NCBI RefSeq assembly: GCF_037042905.1
Contig: NC_087251.1
Coordinates: 40,922,001-40,986,000, forward strand
Reading direction: 5' to 3'
Length of the DNA: 64,000 nucleotides
Origin: Lytechinus pictus
Lineage: Eukaryota
Shown in pieces: positions 1-13,880 of the stretch (within the stretch, counting starts at the first letter, position 1; each line of letters begins with the position of its first letter). Position numbers and translations under genes: made by a program. A model generated the notes under the pieces. That model was given only the letters and a program-made list of their open reading frames with translations, did not search any database and was not told where the DNA came from.

Positions 1-244
1 GATTAGAATATTTTATATAATAATTTACAAAAGAAATTGTGAGAGAGTGACGGGTGACATCATCAGTCCCTTCATTTGCATACAGACCAAGATGTGCATA
101 TAACTGTTTTGTTAAATAAAGCGAAATTTTTAAATTTCATAACTTAATTTTACATCCGATTTTGATGAAATTTTCAGTGTTATGCTTGTCGGATTTTTCT
201 CTTTTAATTCAAATCAACTTTTTGTTGGGGTGGACTTGTCCTTT
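1..244. mobile_element. right end of an abundant TTAA-flanked (Kolobok-like) MITE family
   Basis: Matches the 47320-47832 element (…ttttgttggggtggacttgtcc); further partial copies at ~23060-23500 and ~25077-25193. Confidence 0.75.
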
Positions 245-496
245 CTGGGGGTAAGAATATGTACAAAAAATAAACAAAAATGTTCAAAAGTGAGGAAGCG
301 AAGCGGCCGAGTTGATCAATGGGGCGTATTTAGATTGAAGTTCAGGATTTTGTATACACTGTGTGTACATTGTTGTGACAAATTGAAATATAGGAAGATT
401 ATTCCTGCTCCCTTATAAATACACTTAGTAAGAAAACTATGGGTATATGTGTGAAACAAACGGGAGGTAGGATGTAAAATTGCATTGGGAATGGTG

Positions 497-705
497 TAGT
501 CTGCTACGCAGACTCTGAATGGCTCGTGAGGTGGGATCTCAGCGCGCGAAGCGCGCTGCTGCTGGTTTGCGAAGTAAACTAGCCCGAAAGGGCGATCGAA
601 GCGAGCCATTTCAGAAGACCTAGTCTGCTTTGCAAAAAGCTTTACAGACTCCTTGAATCAGCTGTGATACACACACTGCAGACGTGGGTCTACATTTGTA
701 GACTA
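497..705. mobile_element. small hairpin-rich TAG-ended DNA element (AcademH-like MITE)
   Basis: TAGTCT...AGACTA termini; 9-bp TSD ggaatggtg/gaaatggtg (1 mismatch). Confidence 0.5.
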
Positions 706-3700
706 GAAATGGTGGGTAGTAGGTGCTTGTAAGATTGTTTAGAAAGCAATTTTTAAGGATGTTGAAATTCGCATGAATTTCAAAGGATTAGGGAGTTCCT
801 TTTACTGCTAGTATCTTCACTTTACCTCTTCAATGTCTTCGACTTTTAATTATTTTGAATGCGATTCGACGGGGAGGTGCCCCTGGCCCCGTGCCCCCGT
901 TTAGGAAAAACACAACCATCCCAGCTTCCGATCACTGCAAACATCCAAAGCTGACGTAGACTCTGAATCGGATTTATGATGGGAATCATCAGGGGCTTCT
1001 CTCTATTTTCGTAAAATTCGATTGAGCCAGAGACGTACCGGAAATCCGACAAAGGAAAATATTCTTCGGCGGTTCTTTGAATATTGATCAATCCTTTGAG
1101 AAATCAATGTCATGGACATTGCCCCACATATCAGACTTCATTCAGAGGAAATGCAAAATTATCCCGACTTTGCACAAATTACTTTATTGGTGCATTGCCC
1201 TGTACGTATAGACCTAAATGTCTTGGCATTGGGCTTCGAGTTTCATCGGTTTATGGCTTAAGTGGTTTGGATAATGTTGATTGATGCTTGCCTGTCTCAT
1301 GCGGTGTATATTATTTATGACCGATCTTCCTTCAAATGAGACCTGATTGGTTATAATATCACCATTGATAGTAACATTACAGGGATGTTGATCACTGCCA
1401 CTAGTCCTTGTGCGACCTGACACCCTCTCCTGGTGGTAGTTTTCCTGGAAGTTGCACTTTTGCCCAAACATTGACGGCAACATTGCGCGCCGTGACGTTA
1501 AATGAATATTTAAATCTGGTTATATCCGGAAAGAGAGTGCTGACAAACTCTTGGTCTTCTGTCTTACCAGGTTGTAAACACCAGTTATGATTTATTCGAT
1601 TCGGAACTCGATGTTGAAAATATTTTATTTATATCAAGAAATCTGAATCCACTAATATGGATCGTGCGATAATGAAACAACAAAATAAAGTTTGATAATA
1701 TACTTTTCAAGATTTGTTATCAGTCGAAGCAAAAGATGTCTCACTTTTTAAATGAAAAAAGTCATATCTAGTAAAGATGGTAAAGAATACCGGTTCATTA
1801 TTTTTTAAGTCCTTATAGCGGTGTTATTATTAGCCATTAACATTGAATAATAACATTTATAAACATATATTTAAGGATTAGTAACATAGGCCCATGATTA
1901 AAAATATGTTTTTGTATTTTAGATGATTAATAGATATATGAAATAAAGTACAAATCTTCGTTAATAGATCTTTACATCCATGCAGTGGCGTATAATGAGC
2001 CAAGATATTTGAGGGGGCACACCATAAAGTATGGGGTAACATTTCTATTTCAAAAAGTCTCTAGTGAGCGAGCGAAAAAAAAAATTACAAATGAAAATGT
2101 AGTTTTGTGACAGATTTTGATATAATTAGAAAATAGTATCACTCTCTCGATCCCTTTTCTTTTATTTTATTCCCCTTTTCATGGTTGTGGAAAATTTGGG
2201 GAGTCTAGTGCCCCTAACCCACCCATTATACGTCAGTGTTACTAGCACCACCCACTTCTAATTTAAAAGATATAAGATAAATTCAGATCGACTCTGAATA
2301 GTTTTCAGCTAAACATATAATTCATTTTCAATCCAAACATTTGACTTTCAAATCTCAAAAATAATAAATATGTTAATCCTTTTTGCTTTAAATTTAAATC
2401 AGCAAGGTCAAATCTAAATCTAAATGTTCGGCTGGACACTATTAACAGTCGCTCTTGATTTATTTTAAATCCTTGACGTTTAGAGTTCTCCATCATTCTA
2501 CCCACGCAGCGATCCTGATAATATAATATCATTATCCAAAATTAGATGTTGATTTTTCATGAAAAGGAGACAATTTAACAATGGAGCGCTACTCCATGAT
2601 TTAACCCACTTTTTATCTCTAATCACGCCGGATATCCTTGTAATGTTACCTGAGGAAATATTTCACGCGTTCGATGGCTATAGCGATAACTGAAAACAAC
2701 AATATTTATGTTTTATTTCCTTTATCATGATTACATGTAGACACTGCACCGTCTGCTTTGCTTAAGTGGTAAAAGTACCATAATATTCACATTGGTCCAA
2801 TCATCTCTAAAAACATTATTATAATGTCAAAGGAATTGAAAGAAATGTAGCAAATATTTAGAAAATATTTCCATTCACAGCTTTATTTAGAAAAGTAGAA
2901 AATATTAACGGTATTTTTTTCTTTGGTAGCTCATTGTCCTAGCACGAAACTTGAAGTTTTCCAGGGGCGGAGCCATATATTGGGGTAGGGGTGACCCCTC
3001 CTCCATCTTAATTATCAAGTAAAAAAGGAAATACGGGAGGGAAAAGGGAGAGGAAGGGAGAGAACAGAAAGAAGGGAATAAACAAAGCGAAAGATTGGCT
3101 GTAAAACTCCTGTAAATACCCAAGAGGAAAAAATTGGTCTTGACCCCCCCCCCCCCCCCCCCCCCATCAAAACGCCCCTGCAGCGCCCGAAGTTGTCTAT
3201 AATATGACTGGAAGAGAGGGTTTACCCAAATAGCAGCCAATATTTCTCGACATCCAAATGAGATAATTAGATTTCAGACGAGGAGAAACATAACCAAATC
3301 ACAGGAGAAAACCAAAACCAATGTTATTGGGTCAAACCTGAAATAGATTTCTTACTCGGAAAAGCAAACTTCTTACCCCCCCCCCCCGCCCTCTTGATTA
3401 TTTTCAGTAAAAAAAAATCGCCGCGGGCTATGTGTGTCAAGATGATTCGTCATCGTGTTTACCATGTAAACGTTGAAGAAGGCAATTCACCACGATTAGT
3501 TTGTTTATATTAGTTGTTTGTCATATGAAGCTACTAAACGCATTTATATTCACTATCCACAATATTTGTCACAGAGATATTGAACATTATCCTCTCACCT
3601 AATTAAAAAAATGATAACTCGTGTATTCAACTCGCCTGATTTTTGTTGCGGTTAATATTGCGGGACACACCTTTAACGTGTTGAATCCACTTATTAAACC

Positions 3701-6700
3701 GAAGACCAATGATCTAAATGGCGTATATAGCGGATCTTGGGAATGAAAATGTCCATTTCATAAAGAGACTATATATAGAGGAAATAAGAGATTTCCGTCA
3801 TCATGATTGTCAGCAGTACTGCCCAAAAAATTTCAAATGAGAGGAGGCTGTCCCTGTAAAATTATTCACCCCCCCCCAAAAAAAAAAAAAGAATAAAAAG
3901 AATATTTGGAGAAATCTTTCGGGGTGTGGTCTAGCTTCACGGGGTCCGACATTTTTTAAACATGTTTTATTGTCTTCTCTCAAAATCAAATATACAATAA
4001 CAATATAAGTTTCATGAGCAAATTGTACAATAACTGAAACAAGTATTATCACATAATTATATATATTTATTTTGTACAAACGATAATTAGTAAAGGAAAT
4101 ATACATAATAATGATAATGGAGAACATGTAACTTGTCTCTAATACAGATTGAAGTTCATTAGAATCTGAAATAAGAGAGTAAAGCAAAGATAAAAATTGA
4201 TAGATACTTTTACGTATCGATTCATTTAGTTCACAGTTAAATGCAATTAAAGAACAAACTAACAATGAAAAAATGTAGTCTATATAAACGAATATATGCG
4301 GGGCTTTTCAATGGAAGTTGTGGTCAAACAACAAAAACTTATCACAAACATCATATCATCATGTCCATTCTATTTTTTTTTTTAATTAAGAGTTTGAGAC
4401 ATCATATTAACACATTTTATGTATTGTCTTCACCAATATCAAATAGGCTCGAAATTCAAACATCTAATTGTTTCAATCTGTCTGGCAGGTAATATAAATT
4501 AAACCACGCCTAAGAATGAAATTTGGTGGTATAACCTAGTCAAGATTGATACCAAAAATCCTGCTAAAGTATAAATTTGCAGCCAAGAAAATTATTTGCT
4601 GAAGTTGGAAACTGGAACATTTCTGTAATTGCGTTGGTGGATTATGTTTTACATTTACATGAGTAAGCCTTAATATATACATCCTGTATCTTCCTGCGAT
4701 ACCAAATTCCCTCCAAAATTGGGTTATTTGATTTCATTGACGTTCTCCATGCTTGATCACGATAACCAGGAGTTCGACTCCCTGTTAAAAAACTGCACAC
4801 TTTAACCTATCAAGTCACCGGTGGTTTTACTACGAGGTTATCTTGCGGTAAACCGTCAAAACCGAACACGGGGAGGAGAGCTTTCAAGTTCGTGTACCGT
4901 TCTTGAAATAGCTCGAGTATTTGTGGTATAGGTGGTTTGTTGTTTCATGATCTTTGAGTGAAATAGGTGTAGGATAACAGGTTGTTAGCTGACAGATCAT
5001 CGGGCTTTCATGTAACAGATTAGCCTGCACGCGATCTCTACAGAATAAAAGCATTAAATGATCGAGTCAGTGCATGCCGTTTCAACAAGAACTCTACTCC
5101 GGGTGAAAAGCAATTAATTCGAGGCACAGCTTCATTTCAAGGAAGAATTTCAAATATGCCTGCGGAGAAATGAGAATCTAACATTCATAATTTCATTAAT
5201 TTCAAAGAACCTAATAAAGATCTTAAGAATGACACGTTAGAAGTGGTCAGTGAGAGAGAGACACAGAGAGAGAGACGAACATACAAAGAGAAAAAAAGAA
5301 AGAAAGAAAGAGAAAGAGACCGACAGACAGAGAGATGAAGGGGCGGAGGAAGGGGGAACGAGCTCTCATTTTGCGATATACTCTCTTATTAGATTAATAT
5401 TTAAAAAGACTGTGATATACTTGCAATATACTCTCTTATTAGATTAATATTTAAAAAGACTAAATCAATTTTAAAGTTTCTAATATAAATTTTAAATTAT
5501 GCCAGTATTATATAATGAAACGTTTCATACAATTACGCTTAAAAACCGCATCCGAAAGGGTCATTGTGAATAAGTAAAAAGTTGAAAAGTCACATATTTC
5601 AGGGCGATACGCTTGTCGATTTCGCTTGGAGGTTGAACAAATAACAAACATCAAAATCTGACACCTGCGTTTTCTTTGTGGGTCTAACGTTTGTTCAGTT
5701 CTTTGTGTTCTTATCCGATATTTTAAAAGGCAATTCAACGATTTATCATTGTTAAATGATCATAATATCAGAGATTGACACATTTTTTGGTCTTAGTCAT
5801 CGTCTATAATGTAAGTTGCATACAAGCATTTTGCAGTCAGGTGCACTGGCCTACAGATGGGGGGGGGGTTGACTTGGGTCTCTGCAATCCCCCCCCCAAA
5901 AAAAAAAGTTCCATGCCTCTAGATGAAATATGATACCACCAGTCGAATAGTTGGTAAAAATCTATAACAAAGTTAGTTTCATTTCTAAAAGGCAAAATTT
6001 CGCTCGCACGCATGCATCTTTTACGAAATTTTCAAAAAATCGCTATGTCGCGCCCCCTCAAAACTGTTGACTCATCATGCCACTGGTCATGTTAATACCG
6101 TATGAAAAAAAAATGTAATAGAGTAAAATGATCTTTATCGGCGGTCATTTAAATGGAAAGCAAATATAATATTGAGTCTAACTATTAATATACTTTAGTG
6201 GTTCATTGTTTATGTGAGTCACTTCATGATCCAGGAATTTTTCGTAAACCATACTTGCTCTATATCTGAAGTATATCTGAAATATAACTTATCTGAAATA
6301 TAACTTATTTGAATTAGATCATATTGAAAGAAGGATTAATAAGGAAAAATACCAATCAAAAGGCTATACAGTCCTACGAATTTATAGTGACACAAATTAC
6401 AATATATTTATAATAATGATAATGATAATAACTAAAATAATAATAATAATAATAACAATAATGATAATAATAATAATTAATTAAAAAAATAATAATAAAG
6501 ATTAATTTATTGAGCGCATAATAGATAAAGCCATTTTCAGAGTATATATAAAACAAAGAATTTTTAAGAATCACAAATTTAATATGTTTAAGGGTGGAGA
6601 TTACTCATACAGCTTGCATAGATAATAAGATAAGATAATTAGGTCAAATTCAGGCTTATCAATAATTTGTAAAATCACAAGAAACTAGCTATAAGGTCCT

Positions 6701-9444
6701 CACTTTCAAAAGGGGGCACACTTGGGTAAAAAACGATATGTTTACATTATAAGTTTTCATTATGGCTCTCAAGGGGGGGCACGGGCCGGTTATGCCCCCC
6801 CCCCCCTTGGATCTGCCAGTGCGTCAGACAGGGTGCTTATTCGCTTTGTCACCCTTATAAAGAATATTTCAAAATTGCCAACGCAATTTGTTACTACTCT
6901 TTTTCAAGGTTAGACAATTTTCCTCTTTGTATGAAATAGATCATATACATCCATCTCAACTCTCACAGTTGTTATCGGTGACTGATTCCCGTTGGTGGAA
7001 CCGTTTATTAAGTCAATTCTCAATGACTACGTTTCTTTTATGGAAAGTCAATGGAGAGTGTCTGAACATATCGAAAAGGCGGAAACTGAAGAATGTTTTT
7101 GGTAGTCTTTGTGCCATATTTGGTTAGAATCTTGTTTGATATGTTCATAATAAAGGGAATCGGTTGGTGCATAGTTATGTAGCGGCGGTGTTCGGGATTA
7201 TGGGGGGGGGGGGGTGCGCGCGTCTGTGAGTGCGTGGGGGGGGGGGGTTACTGCAGAAAGAGTGGGCAGTAAGGACTAGTAACCCATTGCATGTTTTTAT
7301 GTTGTCATTAATAGGAAATTACTTTGTTCTATATACGACAGAAAATACTGATGATAGTAGCTACTAGTCGAAAGAGAACGTGGAAACGAAGTAATAGAAT
7401 ACATAATGTTTTATAACACCACGAACTTGATATCATTTATTGCTTTGATTTTTATCAGTTTTGTATCAATAATTTTACAGTATAAGATTAAATTAAAGAA
7501 GGAAATATGTCATTTAATACTTGATTGAATAATTGTATGGAGTCTTATCAGGTTCTTGACTTCCGAGTGCATGAACATATTTGATTATCTGTCAGTATAT
7601 GGAATCAATAAAATACTTCAACGCGGAAGCTGACCTGTTCTTGGTCTGTAACCTTAGACAAATTTTTTAATAAATCTTCATTCGAAGTGCTATATCATGT
7701 GAACCTTGTTATATACTGGTCTATACCTGGCTATACACCGGCCGTGATACGAAGACGGTGGGGGGGGGGGGGGCATTCCCGATATTTCAGTGGAAATTAA
7801 GAGAAATTATAATTTTGCTCTAAACTACGATGCTATATGGGGAACCATATAACTTAATGAGAAGAAATGTAATGGATGTGAAAACGAATAGGCTACCATT
7901 TGAGAGGGAATTGAAGGACAGCCATAACAATAATAAATATGAATTTGATTGTAAGCAAATGGTATTATAAATGACCTGGCAGCTCTTTGAGGACAAAAGA
8001 CATCAAAACGACTTCGATTGATTGTCCAACATCTTCAGAATATTATTGAACGGGAACGGCATAGATGAGTCATTGTTATTTCTTCTCATTAATAAGACTA
8101 ACCTCTATCAAGATTCAAGAGTCATGAAGTAAAGAACTAAGGAAACCCCCAAACTTTGATAAGAGCCCTCATAAATTATAAGAGTCATCATAAAGCTATG
8201 CTATAATCCGACGCCGAACGGAAACATCATATCGGAGTATGTTTATGATTGAAGGGAGAGAGAGAGAGTTGATAGACAGGAACGACTGATAGAGAGTAGA
8301 CATTCTTTAACATAACTGTCATCGTTCAAAGGGGGCATCCCCAAACTCCAGTAGACAAAGCACAGACCAAACGTAATGTCCGACTCGTGCCCACGCATTC
8401 CCTTGGTTTAGTCATCGAATCAACCAGTAATGGCTTGATCGCCGGTAAACAGTTGAAAAGGAAAGTTTTCAAGAAACGCGTGTCCGTCTGTGTGAACACC
8501 TGCGAAAACAAATCTGCCACCATGTTTACCTGCACGTTTGCCAAAAAGTTTGACACCCACTAACACCTGCCTAAAGGGAGCCGAAATCAAACAACGGAAA
8601 TTGTAAGATGGCCTATCAAAAAAAAAAAAGGTCTTCACCAAAAATTTGAGGTCGTTTAGTACCCCCCAAAAAAATTGACAAGCCAAAAAAAACAATGTCT
8701 GCAACAAAAATTTAGGGGGAGTTAATTTTTAAGGGGGGGGGGTTGGATATCAAAAAATTAAAGGGGGGTTGAGCACCTGTAACACCCCCCCCCCCTGCGT
8801 ACGCTACTGGGGGTGTTTCCCATTAAAAACATAATAGCGAACAAAGGATTGGATCATAGTTAGGTCAACTTTACTTTCTAGAGTTGTCTTCTTTCAATGG
8901 AAAGTGTAATATTAAATGAGTGCAACGGTTGTTTCCAATAAATTCATCTGACTGCAACTGACAATCACCACGTGATGTTTCGACATTATTCAAATAAAAT
9001 TATTTGAAATTTTAGCCTACTCTAATTTCTGAGAACCATTTCAAGAATATTCCAGAGGTTATACATGTATATCACGTCTTCGTGACAGTGTTCAGAGTCC
9101 ATCGAATGCCGTGCAAAAACTTTTAATTATCTACCACTAGATGGGGACATTGCATTCAGTGTCAAATGAAAGAGACAGGGGAATTCAAATAATTGTATGA
9201 AGAGAAACATGGGTTTGAAAGATTTTTTTCATGATAAATATTGTATTCATAATTATCACTGTGAGTCTCTATGATGAAAAATATAAATATGGCTAAATTG
9301 AATCGAATTGTTAAATGTGATTGTGCAATATTTTATATTTAATATTATGACGTAAAATAATACGAAGAAAGGCAGAGGTTTTTGTGTCAACAATGCATGA
9401 AGAGGGGATAGGGGAGAGAGGGTTGAGAACAGATACATATTTAA

Positions 9445-10554
9445 AGGGGAATGAAACCTTTGGAACAAGTTCAGGGGCCGCGGAACGGTTTTCAAAGTGG
9501 GGGGGCTGACCATGCAAAAAATCACAATCATATGGTAATTTTTACGTTTTTGTACACGGTTTTGGAAAAAAGTGGGGGGGGGGGCTGAAGCCCCCCAGCC
9601 CCCCGCTTCCGCGGCCCCTGAAGTTGGCTTTTGTGGAAACAAATCAAAGAATGAGATCAAAACAAGTTTGAGAAAAATCGGACAAATAATGAGACAATTA
9701 TGAGCATTTGAATATTACGATCAGTAATGCTATGGAGATTTTTACGTTTTTGTACACGGTTTTGGAAAAAAGTGGGGGGGCTGAAGCCCCCCAGCCCCCC
9801 GCTTCCGCGGCCCCTGAAGTTGGCTATTGTGGAAACAAATCAAAGAATGAGATCAAAACAAGTTTGAGAAAAATCGGACAAATAATGAGACAGTTATGAG
9901 CATTTGAATATTACGATCAGTAATGCTATGGAGATCCTCCCATTCATGGGCGGAAATCCCAGGGGGACGCTTCCCCCCTACCAAAAAAAGTAAGGGGGAC
10001 ACAATATCAAATGTCCCCCCTGCTATTTTTGGTATTTTATGATGGAGAAAAATGCATCATTCACAATCGAAATAATACATGTATTTTGGACTAAATTACC
10101 TTTGGGGACAGACTTCTGCCCATGCTCCCATTGGCAATGTGGCAAATATTTGTGATGTCAGATGTGAACCACTTTCCCTTTGATGGACAATAAAATACCC
10201 TAAAAATGTATCTTATTCTTTCTTAGGGTGATACAAACTCTTTATCCATAATGTATTCTTTGAAAATCTGTATTACATGCCCTCCTATAGAAAGAACACA
10301 TGATCTACTGATAGATGTGAAAAAAAGGCATTTTAAGTGAAATATACAGAAAAGTAATGGGAAAGTTGTTCACATGTGGCATCACACAACTTTGTCGCAT
10401 TGCCAGTGGGAGGATCTACATAACAATAAAGATCTAAACTTCAAATGATCTTATCTTTCTTATTATTCCTTCAACATTTCTCAAACTGTATCTGTTTCAT
10501 TGATTTTTTTTTTGCACAAGTCAAGCTATCCTGTTTCAAGGATTTCATTTTCCT
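9445..10554. mobile_element. Kolobok-like MITE carrying two nested MITEs (9472-9620; 9945-10124) and a ~200-bp tandem duplication
   Basis: TTAA-flanked host; nested CAGGGGCCGCGGAA element with TSD aagtt; nested CATGGGCGGAA element with 8-bp TSD ctcccatt. Confidence 0.75.
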
Positions 10555-12250
10555 TTAAGTTTACCCCTGCCCTGAAAATAAAAATACCCATGCCAAAAAT
10601 CAATTCAACACGGGAGTAAGAATGATCAAAATATTTGCTCACTTATTCCACCATGCACTATCTTTCTTTTTGTATAAACATTGTATAGGTGGCTGCAAAG
10701 TGTATCTACACAAGGGTTTATGCCCCCTACCCATCTTCAATTTTGTCAATTGCAAACAATATAGTGTAGCAAAATATTATTTACCATGCTATACTTTTAC
10801 AATTATTTTCTGTTTGCTCCGTCAGTCTCACTGTTGCTCTCTCAATTCCCTTTCTCATACAAGCAATCAAAGTTTTGTTTGAAGTCTGACGTTATCAATT
10901 ATTTTCACTGCAATACCCAATATTACAGGCCCTACTCAGTTTTGAAGGCTCAAAAGACCAAAGTTTCTATCTGGCAAATATAACTTTTTAATGATCTGTA
11001 GCTAAGTACCCTTCGCTTACAAATATTGAAACTTATTCAAGTGAGTGATGTCACAGACCCCAGTCATAATTTTGAATACTAGTATTACCACCAAAGAAAA
11101 AGGCACTTAGATGACACACTCCACTCACCACAATTTCCATTTCCACATTGATATTCACCTGCAATATATTTTCTCAAATATCAATAACTTCCTAATTTGA
11201 TTTCATTTAAACTTTCACCAATCTGCTTTGCTTATATTTCTGATTCCATGCAAATGATCATATCGGTGATGATCCTTTTAAATCCGACATCTCAACCCTT
11301 ATTTTACCTGCCATTCCAATCTCATACATTTAACTGGACCTTCTTGTTTGAATAAAAATTATAGCAGTTTGAAAAAACAACAACAAAGAATCACTAATAT
11401 AATAATTTATGTTTCCGAAACATTTATTCGCAATTTTACAATTGCTAACCTGTATTCTGCCATTCTCATTAAAATACAAACAATAACTTTTCAACAGAAA
11501 CCCTTAAGATTTAATTTTCAAGAGTTACATATGGAAATAGGATCCTATAACATTCATGGAACTTTCACAAGAAAAAATTTTTTAGCATCGTATTCATTCT
11601 CTTCTTTCCAACGTACATTTAACAATTCTGTTAAAATGTGAAAAATATAGAACTTTTTCTTTGAAAGAAAAAATACATTTAATTCTTACTTCATAAGGCA
11701 TGTGTGCAGCATAAGCGAAAATACATGTCATGGTATTCAAGTTTCTTTTTAATAGGGATTTTCCCTGAGCCTTGAGTTGAGGCTTTGTGAATCAATTTTG
11801 GTCTTTTCGTTGAATATTGAGAACTGTTACAGTAGTGAGCGACAATCAAGTGTGATATATTTTTTTGAATGGCTTGTGAATATCAATTGTGAATATTAAA
11901 TTATTATTGTCAAGCTTGTTGTGATAATTGAATAATCACTGGCTTCACCCATTGGCATATCTAAGTGGGGAAGGGAGGGCATGTGCCATGGGCACTACTT
12001 CAGTGGGGGGGGGGGGCACACAAAAAGGAAAGGTAAACCAAAAAAAGGAAAAAAGGCAAAGAAAAGACACAGGTAAGAAACAAAGTAAGAAAACTGAATT
12101 TGAACTTGCGTAAATCATGCTCGCCTTAAAGAGTACTTGTTCTCAAGAGGGTGCTCACGACTTTACTGCATAATTTAACAAGTCGACGACTATCAACAAA
12201 TCAATGAAGGGGTAGAACTGAGCCTGAAAGAATTGAACTACAGACACATG

Positions 12251-12524
12251 GGCCCGTATTCTGAAGTCGGGTTCAACTTAAACTCAGGTTTAAAGTTGTG
12301 GTTTAAGTATGGATAGCCAAATGTTACATTTGGCTCTCAAATCATTCATAATTGTCTAGGAAGTATAAATACACGATTGTCTTCACCAAAGATGAATCAT
12401 GAAAGCGCACAGTAAACATAAGAAACATACAACTTAATAAAAATTTTGACACTTTTGGCGTCCCATAATTTTAGCACAGAGTTAGACCATGGTCTAAGTT
12501 AAACCTGACTTCAGAATACGGACC
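12251..12524. mobile_element. PIF/Harbinger-like MITE (also at 57366-57742 and 58761-58854)
   Basis: GGCCCGTATTCTGAAGTC TIR, 3-bp TSD atg (att at the 58761 copy). Confidence 0.75.
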
Positions 12525-12639
12525 ATGAGGTTAAACTGAGCTGTGAAACACCAGTCAATGTATGTTAGTGCATTTATCATCAAAACTTCATCATGGCTGT
12601 GGATGTTTTACGCAAGTTTCTGCCGGGTGTCCCCGGTGT

Positions 12640-13660
12640 ATACCGGAGCCCTCCATTCCCTTCACCATGATCTTGCAAATGGTGCGATACTTCCCAACCA
12701 AGCAGGTGACTGTCTTGGTGTCATCATGCAGGACTTCTTGATATCCAATCCACTCTTTAATTCTACGAATGAATCAGCCGACCAACAAGGATTTCGGAGA
12801 CAACCAAACAAATCCCTGGATCAAATGAGAAAAAAATAAAAACTCTCTCCGGAAGGCCTTTGGCGAAAATTCAACCCCCGATGGCAGATCGAAAATCTAC
12901 AATGCGCTTCACACTTACAACCACCTACGCAGGATTCATTCTACAAAGATGAGAGAACGATCAACAAAACACGAGGAATCACGCTTCAGAAAGAATTTTG
13001 GAGTTTTAGCAAGAACGCAGTCAATGGCACTCTCTACTCAGGAACCCGGACCCTTTCCGTTACTCCTTTGACACCACAAATGAACACTTTTCATCAAAAT
13101 ATGACGCGGAGCCACCCACCATTGATGAACGCGACTTAGATTGGGTGACAAGAACAGCTAGTGAGATTGAATTTCGTTTTGATCGTAGACCCATCAGGCC
13201 ACAGGATGTTAAAGCTACACTATGTGAGCAAGATTGGTGATTCAGATGATAGATTTAAATTTCTCAATTCACTGATTTCTTCTCAAAACACTTCTATATC
13301 AGTGAACGATTTGAAGGACATCCTTATGAAAGGATTTTATAACACAGATGCGTTACAAGTACGGCCAGAGTATAAACTTAAGACGTATGCCCAATATTTC
13401 TTGCCCTTAATGAAATATCATTTAACTGTCAATGATCTTTGTCACACAGGGTTAAAGGATCTTAATGCTCTTTGTCCATCCCGCAACCTTAGCTATTCTA
13501 CACATGCCAGAAGGGCTTAATAATCCTTGTATTTCTAATTTATATGTCGAATGCCATTCCCATGTGAGGATGTGATCACTTGGAGATGTGAAAGTAAATG
13601 CTTGTCCTGGCTCTTAACTCGAGCGCGAGCATAATTGGACTCAGAAAAAACATGCACAAA
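12640..13660 (+). mobile_element. degenerate R2/HERO-like (RLE-type) non-LTR retrotransposon fragment lacking the RT core
   Basis: Frameshifted peptides: RFRKNFWSFSK, PIRPQDVKATL (pre-RT), then FKFL, EYKLKTYAQYFLPLMKYHLTVND, ATLAILHMPEGL, LEREHNW (post-RT). Confidence 0.6.
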
Positions 13661-13720
13661 CAAGACAGTTTGGATTGATGTTTACGGCGCTACTCCTGCC
13701 AAACAGAAGAAGCATGCCAA

Positions 13721-13880
13721 GAGAATTACACGCTTCAGTCAAGACGAAGTCCAGTCCAACCATTGGAATCAGGCACAAATAACTCTCTACACATCAGTAA
13801 TGTGTTCCTAGGGGAAAATAAAATCACTTCATCATCAGTGATTACATGCCCCATGATAAAACAGCAGTGGTGGTTCTTGT
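13721..13880 (+). mobile_element. Sola(2)-like transposase relic
   Basis: Frameshifted ENYT / QDEVQSNHWNQAQITLYTSV / IISDYMPHDKTAVV motif series; family name from recall. Confidence 0.45.
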
